Shown here one piece after another: positions 10,454-19,700 of a stretch of DNA of 64,000 bases. The notes under the pieces are model-generated. The model saw nothing but the letters and a program-made list of their open reading frames with translations. It was not told the origin of the DNA and ran no database searches. The stretch covers positions 97,642 to 161,641 of the forward strand of contig JBBTRF010000001.1 in assembly GCA_038065315.1 (NCBI GenBank). Direction: 5' to 3'. A program made the position numbers and the translations under genes. This stretch comes from Patescibacteria group bacterium. GTDB taxonomy: Bacteria; Patescibacteriota; Minisyncoccia; Phycocordibacterales; JBBTRF01. How positions within the stretch are numbered: position 1 is the stretch's first letter; every line of letters starts with the position of its first letter.

Positions 10454-11110
10454 GTGAAAGGTGCATTCTTGCCAGCAATTCCTGCCCAACCTCCGCCTCG
10501 TCCCTCCTTCCCCTTCACCGACACCAACGCCCTCGCGGCTATCAAGGAAGCTGAAGATTTTGCCGAGCAATACTTCGGCCATCGTCCCGACTTGCGCACA
10601 CAGTTTGTGATGCCCGAGACGTTCCCGTGGGAAGAGAAAGAGGTCATCGCGGTCTATGACCCCGGCACCATCTCCAATCGCCAAGCAGTGGAGCAAGCCC
10701 TCAAATCCCAGCCTAAGCTCAAGAGGGTGTATGAAGAGGAGAATCTCATGGACTACGAGGATGCGAATGCTTCCGGGAAGCCTACCCTCCGCTTCGTCGC
10801 ACGTTCCGAAACACCCACGGCTGATCTGATGGACCTGTCTGCGGACGAAATGGTCGCTACGAAGCGCACTCTACTCGACCAGCGCGGCTACATCATCGGC
10901 TTCGGCACGTATCACAAAGTCACTGGGGGCTTCCTCGAACAAAAAACTGGCACTCGTTTTCCGGCCTCGAGGCTCCCCGACGGCAAAGTTGCTGACGGTG
11001 GCTGGAATCGTGGTTGCACGGAGTTCTGCTTCTCCCGGGCCCGCGCTGGTCGTCGTATCACTGGCATCGGTGGTCGCGAGACGGTTGAATGCCCACTCCG
11101 GATTCCTTAA
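10454..11110 (+). CDS. Hypothetical protein with C-type-lectin-like (DGR-target-like) C-terminus
   Basis: C-terminus SRLPDGKVADGGWN...GIGGRETV resembles CLec/FGE-type variable proteins; own promoter TTTACA-17-TATAGT and downstream hairpin. Confidence 0.55.
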   Translation: MKGAFLPAIPAQPPPRPSFPFTDTNALAAIKEAEDFAEQYFGHRPDLRTQFVMPETFPWEEKEVIAVYDPGTISNRQAVEQALKSQPKLKRVYEEENLMDYEDANASGKPTLRFVARSETPTADLMDLSADEMVATKRTLLDQRGYIIGFGTYHKVTGGFLEQKTGTRFPASRLPDGKVADGGWNRGCTEFCFSRARAGRRITGIGGRETVECPLRIP

Positions 11111-11202
11111 TCCCTTGCTCTCTTCGGTTTCCTTTCTTGACACCCTCGGCTGCACTTTGTGTAGTCGGGGATTTTTCTATACAAAATTTGTTCAGCTTGC
11201 TT

Positions 11203-11781
11203 CTACCGACTCTCGGTTTTGCGTAGCCCCCACGGCGTGGCATCTGGCAACCGCTCTTTTTTTGACAACGTGAATTGATAGATAGAAAAAATAATGGTTG
11301 CGCTGGTGGCGATCTCTTTGAACACGATCCAGCCGGCGGTGGGGAGGTTGAGGCGGGCAAGTTCGTTGGTGACAGCGAGAATAGTAAAGAAGATCGCCCA
11401 ACGCCAGGAAAGAGTGCGCCAGCCACGGTCATTCATGGCGATGAGCTTTTGGAACATCGGTTTCAGCCAGCCTTTGCCGTGCGCGAGGCCAATGAAGAGG
11501 GCGATGGCGAAGGCGGCATTGTACAGGGTGTCCTTGGCGATCAAAAAGAATGGATTGTCGAAAATGAGGGTCAGCGTGCCGAAGATGACCACCGAGCCGC
11601 CGGCAATGAGAGGAAACCAAGCGATGCGTTTTTGTTCATAGAGGCCGACGACCAGAGAAATGACCGTGAGCACCACGAAAATCAAGGTGGCACGAAGGAA
11701 ACTCACTTGCTCGGCTATCAGGAAGAAGACAATGATCGGGCCGAACTCGACTCCGAGACCGACGACCAATTTGCGTAACAT
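11203..11781 (-). CDS. Inner membrane YciB/IspZ-family septation protein
   Basis: EFGPIIVFF, FGTLTL, GWRTLSWRWAIFF. Confidence 0.85.
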   Translation of the reverse strand: MLRKLVVGLGVEFGPIIVFFLIAEQVSFLRATLIFVVLTVISLVVGLYEQKRIAWFPLIAGGSVVIFGTLTLIFDNPFFLIAKDTLYNAAFAIALFIGLAHGKGWLKPMFQKLIAMNDRGWRTLSWRWAIFFTILAVTNELARLNLPTAGWIVFKEIATSATIIFSIYQFTLSKKERLPDATPWGLRKTESR

Positions 11782-11794
11782 GAAGGATAGTATA

Positions 11795-12316
11795 TCAGAA
11801 AAGAGCCCGGTGACCTGTGGAAATTTCAGGGATAATCACCTCTTGTCCGACCGTGATACCATGTTTTTTTACGAAGCCCGCATTCAGCTCGATCACGTAA
11901 CCCACCGCCTCGGGCGGAGTGTAGTAGCGGGGATCCTGCAGATTTTTTTCGGGTTTCATCGACTCTTCAATCCCCACGATGCGCTTGTCCGCGTCGATCC
12001 AGAGTAGGTCAATCGGAAAATTCATGTCCGGCATCCAGAAGGCGTATTTTTCAGCAGTGGGGAACAAAAAGAGCAGCCCTTGCCTCTTTGGGAGGTGAAA
12101 ACGTCCGGAAAGGCCTTTTTCAAGGGTTTCCGGAGTATCGGCGATCTCTACGGGGATAATGAGGTCGCCGACTTTGACGTCATAGAGGGTGGCGCGGTCC
12201 TTGTAGTCGGTGGAAGCCTGTCGCAACACAGCCCAACCAGCGGAAATGACCATAATGAGGGCGATAATCGAGCAAACCGTCGCCTTCCAAGCAAAGGACT
12301 TGTGTCGGATGTCCAT
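11795..12316 (-). CDS. DUF192 family protein
   Basis: VEIADTPETLEKGLSGR, FWMPDMNFPIDLLWID, YVIELNAG; start chosen at ATG 12316. Confidence 0.85.
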   Translation of the reverse strand: MDIRHKSFAWKATVCSIIALIMVISAGWAVLRQASTDYKDRATLYDVKVGDLIIPVEIADTPETLEKGLSGRFHLPKRQGLLFLFPTAEKYAFWMPDMNFPIDLLWIDADKRIVGIEESMKPEKNLQDPRYYTPPEAVGYVIELNAGFVKKHGITVGQEVIIPEISTGHRALF

Positions 12317-12390
12317 GGCTATAAGTATGACACAGCCCCGAGTGCCGCAAAGAGGACTTTTTCGACCTGCCATGGGGATAACTTTGTTGT

Positions 12391-12440
12391 AGAGTGGGAT
12401 GAAGTGGTATAAAATACTATACATGTGGGAAAAAGTGGTA
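12391..12440 (+). promoter_or_regulatory. MraZ-binding GTGG repeats around the dcw promoter
   Basis: GTGG at 12394, 12404, 12425, 12435 (10/21/10 spacing) upstream of mraZ, like known MraZ operator repeats. Confidence 0.7.
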
Positions 12441-12456
12441 AATTAATAAAAACAAC

Positions 12457-12618
12457 ATGAAACTCAACAAAAACATCTTTGTGGTTCGATCGGGCCAGAG
12501 TTCGTACGCTTTCCTCTCTACTACTCTGTCGGTGAAGCCTCGCGAAAAAGTCCTCATTGCGAAAAAAGAAAAGGTGATTCTCTCGGAAATGAAATTGGAT
12601 AATTCGCTCGACTCATAA
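12457..12618 (+). CDS. Small 53-aa ORF upstream of mraZ
   Basis: ATG...TAA open frame filling the gap between the operator and mraZ (MKLNKNIFVVRSG...KLDNSLDS). Confidence 0.35.
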   Translation: MKLNKNIFVVRSGQSSYAFLSTTLSVKPREKVLIAKKEKVILSEMKLDNSLDS

Positions 12619-12633
12619 ACACCCATCGCGTCT

Positions 12634-13068
12634 ATGTTTATCGGCCAATACACGCACACCATAGACGACAAGAACAGACTCTCTTTGCCTGTAAAGTTTC
12701 GTAAGGAAATGGGGAAGCGGGTGATCATCACTCCTGGCCTCGATGGTTGTCTCTTCGTGTTTACGCCGACGCAGTGGGAGACGATCTCGGAGAAGCTCGG
12801 CGGTTCATCGATGTTGCAAGCTGACACACGAAGCTTCAATCGATACATGCTCGGTGGGGCAGTGGAGGCGGATGTAGACTCGATCGGTCGCGTGTTGGTG
12901 CCAGATTTTTTGAAAGAAAAAGCGCAATTGAAAAAAGAAGTCGTTTTGATCGGTGTGCAGAACCGTGTGGAAATCTGGAATGACACGCTCTGGATGGAGT
13001 ACAAAGCCAAGGTCGAAAAGGAAGCAAACAGCCTCGCCGAAAAGCTCGGGCAGATCGGCGTGCTATAA
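12634..13068 (+). CDS. mraZ: Transcriptional regulator MraZ
   Basis: HTIDDKNRLSLP, DSIGRVLVP, RVEIW. Confidence 0.97.
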   Translation: MFIGQYTHTIDDKNRLSLPVKFRKEMGKRVIITPGLDGCLFVFTPTQWETISEKLGGSSMLQADTRSFNRYMLGGAVEADVDSIGRVLVPDFLKEKAQLKKEVVLIGVQNRVEIWNDTLWMEYKAKVEKEANSLAEKLGQIGVL

Positions 13069-13073
13069 AAAAC

Positions 13074-14006
13074 ATGACACCCACCCTACACAAATCTGTA
13101 CTTCTGAAAGAATCGCTCGATTCTTTGGAGTTGCGCGCGGGTGGAGTGTTTGTGGATGCAACATTGGGTGGTGGCGGACACAGCGCGGAGGTGATAGCGC
13201 GATTTGGCAAGGAGGTGAAGATTGTGGCGATCGACCTAGATCAGGCGGCGATTGATTTGGCAATGAAACGATTGGAGGCGGGTAATATTCAATACTATTG
13301 CGGCAGCTTTCGAAATATCGATCTGGCCTTGGCGGGGCAGAAGGCAGATGGCGAATTGTTTGATCTTGGATGGAATGCCGACCAATTTGAGGCGGCTGAG
13401 CGCGGGTTTAGTTTTCAAAAAGATGGACCGCTGAAGATGATGTTCTCGCAAACTGAGACTCCGGCTCCGGCAGTCGGTGTGAAGGCAAGTGTTGTGGCAA
13501 ATGCGCTTCCGCGCTTCACTGCGCGAGACATTGTGAACAGTTGGGAGGAACAGAACATTGCTGATGTGATTTACGCGTATGGTGAGGAGCGATATTCGCG
13601 ACGGATTGCGCGCGCCATCTGCGAGGCGCGCGCCCAGAAGCCGATAGAAACCACACTCGAGCTCGTGAATGTCATCGGCCGTGCGGTACCATTCTTTTAT
13701 AAAAAAGGGAAGACCCATTTTGCTACTCGTACCTTCCAGGCCTTGCGGATCGCCGTAAATGACGAGCTTTCTGCGCTCAAAGAAGGCCTCTGGAAAGGCT
13801 TCGACTCATTGGCCCCCGGCGGACGAATGGCCGTGATCTCTTTTCATAGTCTCGAAGATCGAATCGTGAAGCGGTATTTCAAAGAGAAGGCGGACCAAGG
13901 GGAGGCGGAGCTAATCACCAAGAAACCCATTGTTCCGAGCGACGAGGAAATGCAGGAAAACCGGCGGTCGCGGAGTGCAAAACTCAGAGTCCTTAAGAAA
14001 AAATAA
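13074..14006 (+). CDS. rsmH: 16S rRNA C1402 N4-methyltransferase
   Basis: DATLGGGGHS, TRTFQALRIAVNDEL, SFHSLEDRIVK, RSRSAKLR. Confidence 0.97.
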   Translation: MTPTLHKSVLLKESLDSLELRAGGVFVDATLGGGGHSAEVIARFGKEVKIVAIDLDQAAIDLAMKRLEAGNIQYYCGSFRNIDLALAGQKADGELFDLGWNADQFEAAERGFSFQKDGPLKMMFSQTETPAPAVGVKASVVANALPRFTARDIVNSWEEQNIADVIYAYGEERYSRRIARAICEARAQKPIETTLELVNVIGRAVPFFYKKGKTHFATRTFQALRIAVNDELSALKEGLWKGFDSLAPGGRMAVISFHSLEDRIVKRYFKEKADQGEAELITKKPIVPSDEEMQENRRSRSAKLRVLKKK

Positions 14007-14057
14007 AGAGGCGATCGAGAAATCCTCAAAAAGTCCTAAACATCATATAAAAAACCC

Positions 14058-14393
14058 ATGAACGCCATCATCTACCATACCAATCAGCTCACCAAGAACG
14101 AACTCTTCATTCAAAGGGTTTGTATTGCTGTACTCGCCCTCATTTTCTGCTCAGCTCTTTCGTATGGGTATATGATCAACGCCACGATCGGCAACGTGGT
14201 GGCTCGACAGAAGGCGCAATCGTCGATTACAAAGCTCAGCGCGGAGCTCGCTACTCTCGAAACTACCCATTTGCAGCTCAAAAATAATATCGGCCCATCG
14301 CTGGCGGTCCAACTCGGTTTTGTAGACGTGGCTGATCCGCATTTTGTGTCGTATAATCAATCGCAAAGCCTCTCTCTCAACACGCCTCGATAG
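14058..14393 (+). CDS. FtsL-like bitopic cell division protein
   Basis: Single TM plus coiled coil, AVQLGF motif, located between rsmH and ftsI. Confidence 0.6.
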   Translation: MNAIIYHTNQLTKNELFIQRVCIAVLALIFCSALSYGYMINATIGNVVARQKAQSSITKLSAELATLETTHLQLKNNIGPSLAVQLGFVDVADPHFVSYNQSQSLSLNTPR

Positions 14394-14399
14394 TGGTGT

Positions 14400-16133
14400 G
14401 TGGCGGCAGCGGGCGATTCATCATTCATGAAGGAGCACCCCTGGAGAATTCGTCTTGTCGCTAGCACTGTGCTCCTCGTGGCGCTGGTGCTCATTGGCAG
14501 ATTGTATTTAGTGCAAGTCGTACGCGGCGGTTCGTATGCAGAAAAGGCCGAGCGGCAATATGTGAGCCCGACCCAGCACCTGTTCGATCGCGGCTCTATT
14601 TATTTCCAAAATAAAGATGGTAGCTCGTATGGCGCGGCCACGATCAATTCCGGTTTTACCTTGGTGATCAATCCCAAGAAGATTGCCTCTGTCGATGAGG
14701 CGTACCGGCAGATCCATACGTTGTGGCCGATCGATCGCGACATTTTCTTTGCAAAGGCTCGAAAAGATGATCAATATGAAGAGATCGCGAAGCGGGTAGA
14801 TAAAGAACTTGGTGCCCAGATCAGCGCACTGAAGATTCCTGGCGTGAGTCTCGTGCGCGATCAGTGGCGAGTGTATCCGGGCGGGGATATTGCGGCGCAG
14901 ACCATCGGATTTGTTGGATACAACGGCGACATTCTTGACGGTCGCTACGGTCTCGAACGTTTCTACCAAGAGACGTTGCGTCGTGATACCGACAAGGCAT
15001 ACGTCAATTTTTTTGCCGAAGTCTTCTCTGACCTCGGGAAGGTGGTAAGTGAGGAAGAGGATCTGGAGGGTGACTTGGTGACCACGATCGAACCGAGTGT
15101 GCAGATGCGTCTAGAGCAGGTGCTGGGCGAGGTGCAAAAACATTGGTCGTCCGATCTCACCGCTGGTATCATCATGGATCCGAAGACTGGCGAGATTTAC
15201 GCCATGGGCGCGACACCATCTTTTGACCCGAACCATTTTCAGACAGTGAAGGATCTTCGGGTGTACAGCAATCCGCTTATAGAAAATGTGTATGAAATGG
15301 GTTCGATCATCAAGCCGATCACGATGGCGGCAGGGATTGACGCCGGTGCGGTGACTGCGGAGACAACGTATGTTGATACTGGCTTTGTCACGGCAGACAG
15401 CAAGACCTTGTACAATTCAGATAAGAAGCATCGCGGTGTCACGACGATGCAGGAGGTGTTGAACAAGTCACTCAACACCGGCGCCTCCTTCGTGGTGCAG
15501 AAGATGGGGAAACAGGCGTTCAAGGAGTATTTGCTGCGTTTTGGATTTGATGAAGAGACAGGGATCGATGTACCAAACGAGTCGCGCGGGCTCCTGAAGA
15601 CGCTAGTCGAGAGCCCGCGCGACATCGAATCCTACACCGCCTCCTTTGGCCAGGGTATCGCCTTGTCACCAATCGCTACCGTCCGCGCCCTCTCTGCCCT
15701 TGGAAACGGTGGCTACCTGCCGAATCCGCACGTGGTGAAGGAGATCAACTACAAAATTGGCGTTACCAAAAAGCTGAGCTACCCAGACGGACGACGGGTG
15801 TTGAAGCCAGAGACTTCAGAAGAAGTCTCGCGCATGCTGGTCGAGCTCGTCGACACAGCGCTGAGGAATGGCAAGGTGAAGCTTGAGCACTATAGTGTGG
15901 CGGCGAAAACTGGTACGGCCCAGATCTCTCAAGGAGGTACGAAGGGGTACTATGCCGATCGTTACCTCCACTCCTTCTTCGGATATTTTCCGGCATACAA
16001 CCCGCGTTTCATCGTCTTCTTGTACACCGTGTACCCAAAGAATGTCGATTTTGCATCAGAAACACTCACTGACCCATTCTTTGATTTGACCAATTTTCTG
16101 CTACACTATTACGAAGTCCCGCCCGATAGATAA
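14400..16133 (+). CDS. ftsI: Division transpeptidase PBP3/FtsI (start may be ATG 14427)
   Basis: SIIK, SLN, KTGTAQ motifs; dcw context. Confidence 0.88.
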   Translation: MAAAGDSSFMKEHPWRIRLVASTVLLVALVLIGRLYLVQVVRGGSYAEKAERQYVSPTQHLFDRGSIYFQNKDGSSYGAATINSGFTLVINPKKIASVDEAYRQIHTLWPIDRDIFFAKARKDDQYEEIAKRVDKELGAQISALKIPGVSLVRDQWRVYPGGDIAAQTIGFVGYNGDILDGRYGLERFYQETLRRDTDKAYVNFFAEVFSDLGKVVSEEEDLEGDLVTTIEPSVQMRLEQVLGEVQKHWSSDLTAGIIMDPKTGEIYAMGATPSFDPNHFQTVKDLRVYSNPLIENVYEMGSIIKPITMAAGIDAGAVTAETTYVDTGFVTADSKTLYNSDKKHRGVTTMQEVLNKSLNTGASFVVQKMGKQAFKEYLLRFGFDEETGIDVPNESRGLLKTLVESPRDIESYTASFGQGIALSPIATVRALSALGNGGYLPNPHVVKEINYKIGVTKKLSYPDGRRVLKPETSEEVSRMLVELVDTALRNGKVKLEHYSVAAKTGTAQISQGGTKGYYADRYLHSFFGYFPAYNPRFIVFLYTVYPKNVDFASETLTDPFFDLTNFLLHYYEVPPDR

Positions 16134-16159
16134 AAATCGCGCAGCATCCGGAAATACAC

Positions 16160-17470
16160 ATGAAATCCTTTTTTAAAACGATCGTCGTCGCCATCCTTCA
16201 GTGGGAAGCCAAGTTGGTGCTGAAGAAGTACCAACCGAAAATCGTCGCCATCACCGGCAGCGTTGGCAAGACATCTACGAAAGACGCTATCTATTCCGCC
16301 CTCGCCTCGTCGTTTTTTGTACGCAAAAGCCAGAAAAGCTTCAATGGCGACATCGGCGTACCCCTCACCATCCTCGGTCTCCAGAACGCGAGGTCCAATC
16401 CGTTTTTGTGGCTTGAAAACATTTGCAAGGGCTTCATGGCGGTCATCACCACGCATCCGTATCCGGCCTGGCTTGTCCTCGAGGTGGGTGCTGATCGACC
16501 GAAAGATATTGCCCAGATCATGGAGTGGGTGAAGCCAGATATCGGTGTGGTGACTCGTATTGGTGAGGTGCCAGTACACGTGGAATTTTTCAAGGATCGC
16601 GCCGAGCTCGTGTTCGAGAAAAGCCAATTGCCACGCGCGGTGAGGGCCGAAGCAGAGGGTGGCTTGCTGCTTCTGAATATTGATGACGCAGATGTTGCTG
16701 GGTTTCGACCGCTCTCAAAGGCGAAGGTGATGACAGTGAGCCAAAAAGAGGGCGCTGATTTCCGTGCGACCGCGCCCGAGCTGTTCTACGAATCCGGCAA
16801 AGACGGCTCTCAGCACCCAGCCGGTATCCGTTTCGCGATCCATCACGGCGAGAAGACGTATGAGGTTGTGCGGCGCGGCATCGCCGGTAGTCATCACTTG
16901 TATCCGGCCTTGTTTGCTTTTGCTGTGGCGGTGACACAAGGTATCGCACCGGAGAAAGCCATCGAAGGTCTTTCCCGTGAGCTCAATACTCCCGGCCGCA
17001 TGCGTTTGCTTCCAGCCGTGAAGGGCGCGACCGTCATCGACGACACTTACAACGCCTCGCCGGTGGCGATGACCGAAGCGCTCCACACTCTTGGTGGTTT
17101 GAAGTGTGGCAAGAAGATCGCGTTGCTGGGCGACATGATGGAGCTTGGCAAGCTCTCCGCCGAAGCACATCGCAAGGCCGGCTTGCTTGCGGGTACCGTC
17201 GTGGATGTGTTGGTGACTGTTGGTGTACGCGCTCGGCAGATCGCTGAGGGCGCTCTCGATGCTGGACTGGCTGATGACAAGATTTTTCAATTTGACAGCG
17301 CTCAAGAGGCGGGGAAGTACGTCGAGCAGATGCTTGGCGAAGGGGATGTCGTCCTCGCGAAAGGTTCGCAGTCTATCCGTATGGAGCGCGCCGTACAGGA
17401 GTTCATGGCAGAACCCGAGCGCCGAGCAGAGCTGCTCGTACGCCAAGACGAAGAGTGGCAGAAGCGGTAA
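16160..17470 (+). CDS. murF: UDP-MurNAc-tripeptide--D-Ala-D-Ala ligase
   Basis: ITGSVGKTSTK, DDTYNASP, LGDMMELG, LAKGSQ. Confidence 0.92.
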   Translation: MKSFFKTIVVAILQWEAKLVLKKYQPKIVAITGSVGKTSTKDAIYSALASSFFVRKSQKSFNGDIGVPLTILGLQNARSNPFLWLENICKGFMAVITTHPYPAWLVLEVGADRPKDIAQIMEWVKPDIGVVTRIGEVPVHVEFFKDRAELVFEKSQLPRAVRAEAEGGLLLLNIDDADVAGFRPLSKAKVMTVSQKEGADFRATAPELFYESGKDGSQHPAGIRFAIHHGEKTYEVVRRGIAGSHHLYPALFAFAVAVTQGIAPEKAIEGLSRELNTPGRMRLLPAVKGATVIDDTYNASPVAMTEALHTLGGLKCGKKIALLGDMMELGKLSAEAHRKAGLLAGTVVDVLVTVGVRARQIAEGALDAGLADDKIFQFDSAQEAGKYVEQMLGEGDVVLAKGSQSIRMERAVQEFMAEPERRAELLVRQDEEWQKR

Positions 17471-17518
17471 TTGTGTGGTATATATTGAGGGCGCCGCACC
17501 GTGCGGCAACATTTTTAC

Positions 17519-17590
17519 GGCCCTATCGTCTAACGGTTAGGACGGAGCCTTCTCAAGGCTTAAATCGGGGTTCGATTCCCCGTAGGGTCA
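17519..17590 (+). tRNA. tRNA-Glu (anticodon CTC), CCA not encoded in this copy
   Basis: Acceptor GGCCCTA/TAGGGTC, anticodon arm GAGCC-TTCTCAA-GGCTT, T arm CGGGG-TTCGATT-CCCCG. Confidence 0.95.
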
Positions 17591-17638
17591 TGCGAAACAA
17601 AAAGAGACATCTGTCAAGATGTCTCTTTTTGTTTCGCA
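17591..17638. terminator. Perfect 22-bp inverted repeat directly after the tRNA (bidirectional terminator-like)
   Basis: TGCGAAACAAAAAGAGACATCT-GTCA-AGATGTCTCTTTTTGTTTCGCA. Confidence 0.75.
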
Positions 17639-17732
17639 TTATGATGCCCTGTGTGGCAGAATCGAAAGCCGGAGCTCGCGCAGGCGAGCGAGGCGGGGTC
17701 GAGAGCCGAGCCAACAGGCGAGGACTCGTGAC

Positions 17733-17753
17733 CGATTCCCCGTAGGGTCACCA
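17733..17753 (+). repeat. Duplicate of the tRNA-Glu 3' end followed by CCA
   Basis: CGATTCCCCGTAGGGTCA identical to 17573-17590, then CCA. Confidence 0.9.
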
Positions 17754-17834
17754 TTTGCTAGAAGTAATAAGCGGCCGCTGGGCATTGTAGGCCGTAGATT
17801 GTCTCCAGAATGACCCTTATGCTATGATATTCTC

Positions 17835-18128
17835 ATGATTCGTCCTTATTCACTAAAACTCACCGTTAATTTCATCAAAGAAGGCAAGCAAGTCGTTGCC
17901 TATGCCCCGGCACTCGATATTTCTACTGTAGGAAAGACTGAGAAGCAGGCCAAAGAACGATTCCAGGAGCTTGTCGCGATTTTTCTTAAGGACATCACCG
18001 AGCGTAATGTTAAGGATGAAGTGCTTACGGAGCTTGGTTGGACAAAAGTCGCAGTCCGCAATCGACCATCTCAATGGGTTCCACCCGTGGTAACGTCAGA
18101 AGTTTTACCAGTTCCTATGATGGCATAA
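17835..18128 (+). CDS. HicB-like antitoxin
   Basis: VAYAPALDISTVGKTEKQAKERFQE partial RNase H fold signature. Confidence 0.75.
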   Translation: MIRPYSLKLTVNFIKEGKQVVAYAPALDISTVGKTEKQAKERFQELVAIFLKDITERNVKDEVLTELGWTKVAVRNRPSQWVPPVVTSEVLPVPMMA

Positions 18129-18356
18129 ATGCGTTTAGGAAGAATTCACTGGAAGAAGTTTGAAAAATTCCTCTTGTCGGTTGGTTGTGAGTTTGCCTCT
18201 GAAGAAGGTGATCATCGAAAGTATCGGAAGCCGGGTATTTTACGTCCAGTCATCATTCCGAGAGGGTCAGAGCTACCGCAATTTGTAATTCTCAACAATC
18301 TTCGTACACTCGGTATTTCACGAGAAGCCTATCTGAAGATTATTGTAAAACTCTAG
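18129..18356 (+). CDS. HicA-like mRNA interferase toxin
   Basis: 75 aa, EGDHRKY, RPVIIP, ILNNLRTLGISRE. Confidence 0.8.
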   Translation: MRLGRIHWKKFEKFLLSVGCEFASEEGDHRKYRKPGILRPVIIPRGSELPQFVILNNLRTLGISREAYLKIIVKL

Positions 18357-18420
18357 CAGGTAAAGATTCCTCGCTTTAACGAAATTGTAATTTGCCAGTC
18401 CGGATGATATCATTGAAAAC

Positions 18421-18741
18421 ATGAAAAATACCCTTAAAAAAGGCTTGATTCGCAACATCATTTTCAAAGAAGACAATGTTTGGTATGGAGTTGCGCTTGA
18501 GTTTAATATCGTAACAGAAGGTGATACTCCTGAAATTGCCGCATTCAGTCTCCACGAAGCCATTTCTGGTTACCTTGAGTCCCTCCGACATAGTAAGGTC
18601 GGTGGTTTGAGAACTGAGGCAATATTGAATCAGTCGGTGGATCCTGAGTATGAAAATCTCTGGAAGACACTTGAGGCCAACAAAGTCATTCCTTCACCGT
18701 ATCAAGTGCACTCTTTTGGCAGATTCGTTCTCCCTGCATAA
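18421..18741 (+). CDS. HicB-like antitoxin
   Basis: WYGVALEFNIVTEGDTPEIAAFSLHEAISGYL. Confidence 0.7.
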   Translation: MKNTLKKGLIRNIIFKEDNVWYGVALEFNIVTEGDTPEIAAFSLHEAISGYLESLRHSKVGGLRTEAILNQSVDPEYENLWKTLEANKVIPSPYQVHSFGRFVLPA

Positions 18742-18754
18742 AATATAAAAAATC

Positions 18755-18985
18755 ATGCCGAACGGAATCATGAATTGGACGTTCGATGATGTAGTGGTCT
18801 TTCTCAAAAAACATAATTTTGTTTACAACTACACAAAAGGAAGTCATTACTTTTATATTGGCTCGAAAGGAGGCGTATCGAGACAGGTTTCCGTGCCTTT
18901 TCATGGCAGGAAGGCAATAAACCCCAAAACAGTGGCAAGTATCATACGCCAGTCTGGCATCGCAAGAGAAGATTGGCTGAATTAA
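18755..18985 (+). CDS. HicA-like toxin
   Basis: KGSHYFY, VSVPFHG, TVASIIRQSGI. Confidence 0.85.
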   Translation: MPNGIMNWTFDDVVVFLKKHNFVYNYTKGSHYFYIGSKGGVSRQVSVPFHGRKAINPKTVASIIRQSGIAREDWLN

Positions 18986-18993
18986 CCCCACCC

Positions 18994-19632
18994 ATGTTCC
19001 TCACTCAATTCCTCACCGTCGCTATCGTTCACTTGTTCGCGGTCATGAGCCCCGGACCGGATTTTGCCGTGGTTACCAAAAATAGTCTTGTCCATTCACG
19101 GAAGACTGGTATTTACACCTCTCTTGGTATTGCCCTCGGCATTCTCGTGCACGTCGCGTACTCGCTACTCGGTATCGGGCTCATCATCTCTCAGTCAGTC
19201 GTGCTCTTCAGCATCATCAAATACCTTGGCGCTGGTTACCTCATCTACATCGGATATCTTTCGCTCCGTGCCAATCCGCAGTCGTCTTTGGAAACCGCTT
19301 CGACCTCGATGCTTCCAGAGAAAAAAGATATCTCAAATTGGTCCGCCGTCAAAACCGGTTTTCTCACCAACGTACTCAATCCGAAAGCGACAATGTTCTT
19401 TCTCGCACTCTTCACTCAGATTATCGACCCAGTGACGCCAAAGCTCATCCAGCTCTTCTTTGGCCTCGAAACCATGGTCATCACGTTTGTCTGGTTCGCC
19501 TTTCTCTCAACGGTATTCTCGAACAGCTTGATCAAATCGAAGATCGCCAAGGTCCAACACCACATAGAACGCGTCACTGGGATCGTGCTGATCGTTCTCG
19601 GTATTAAGGTCGCACTCGCGAGTCAGAAATAA
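18994..19632 (+). CDS. LysE/RhtB family amino-acid exporter
   Basis: SPGPDF, GFLTNVLNPKA. Confidence 0.92.
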   Translation: MFLTQFLTVAIVHLFAVMSPGPDFAVVTKNSLVHSRKTGIYTSLGIALGILVHVAYSLLGIGLIISQSVVLFSIIKYLGAGYLIYIGYLSLRANPQSSLETASTSMLPEKKDISNWSAVKTGFLTNVLNPKATMFFLALFTQIIDPVTPKLIQLFFGLETMVITFVWFAFLSTVFSNSLIKSKIAKVQHHIERVTGIVLIVLGIKVALASQK

Positions 19633-19700
19633 CAAAGAGCGCGCGGAGAAGCTGTCTTGAAGTGCTACAATTACCCCATAACAGCTAATCACCCAATCTC

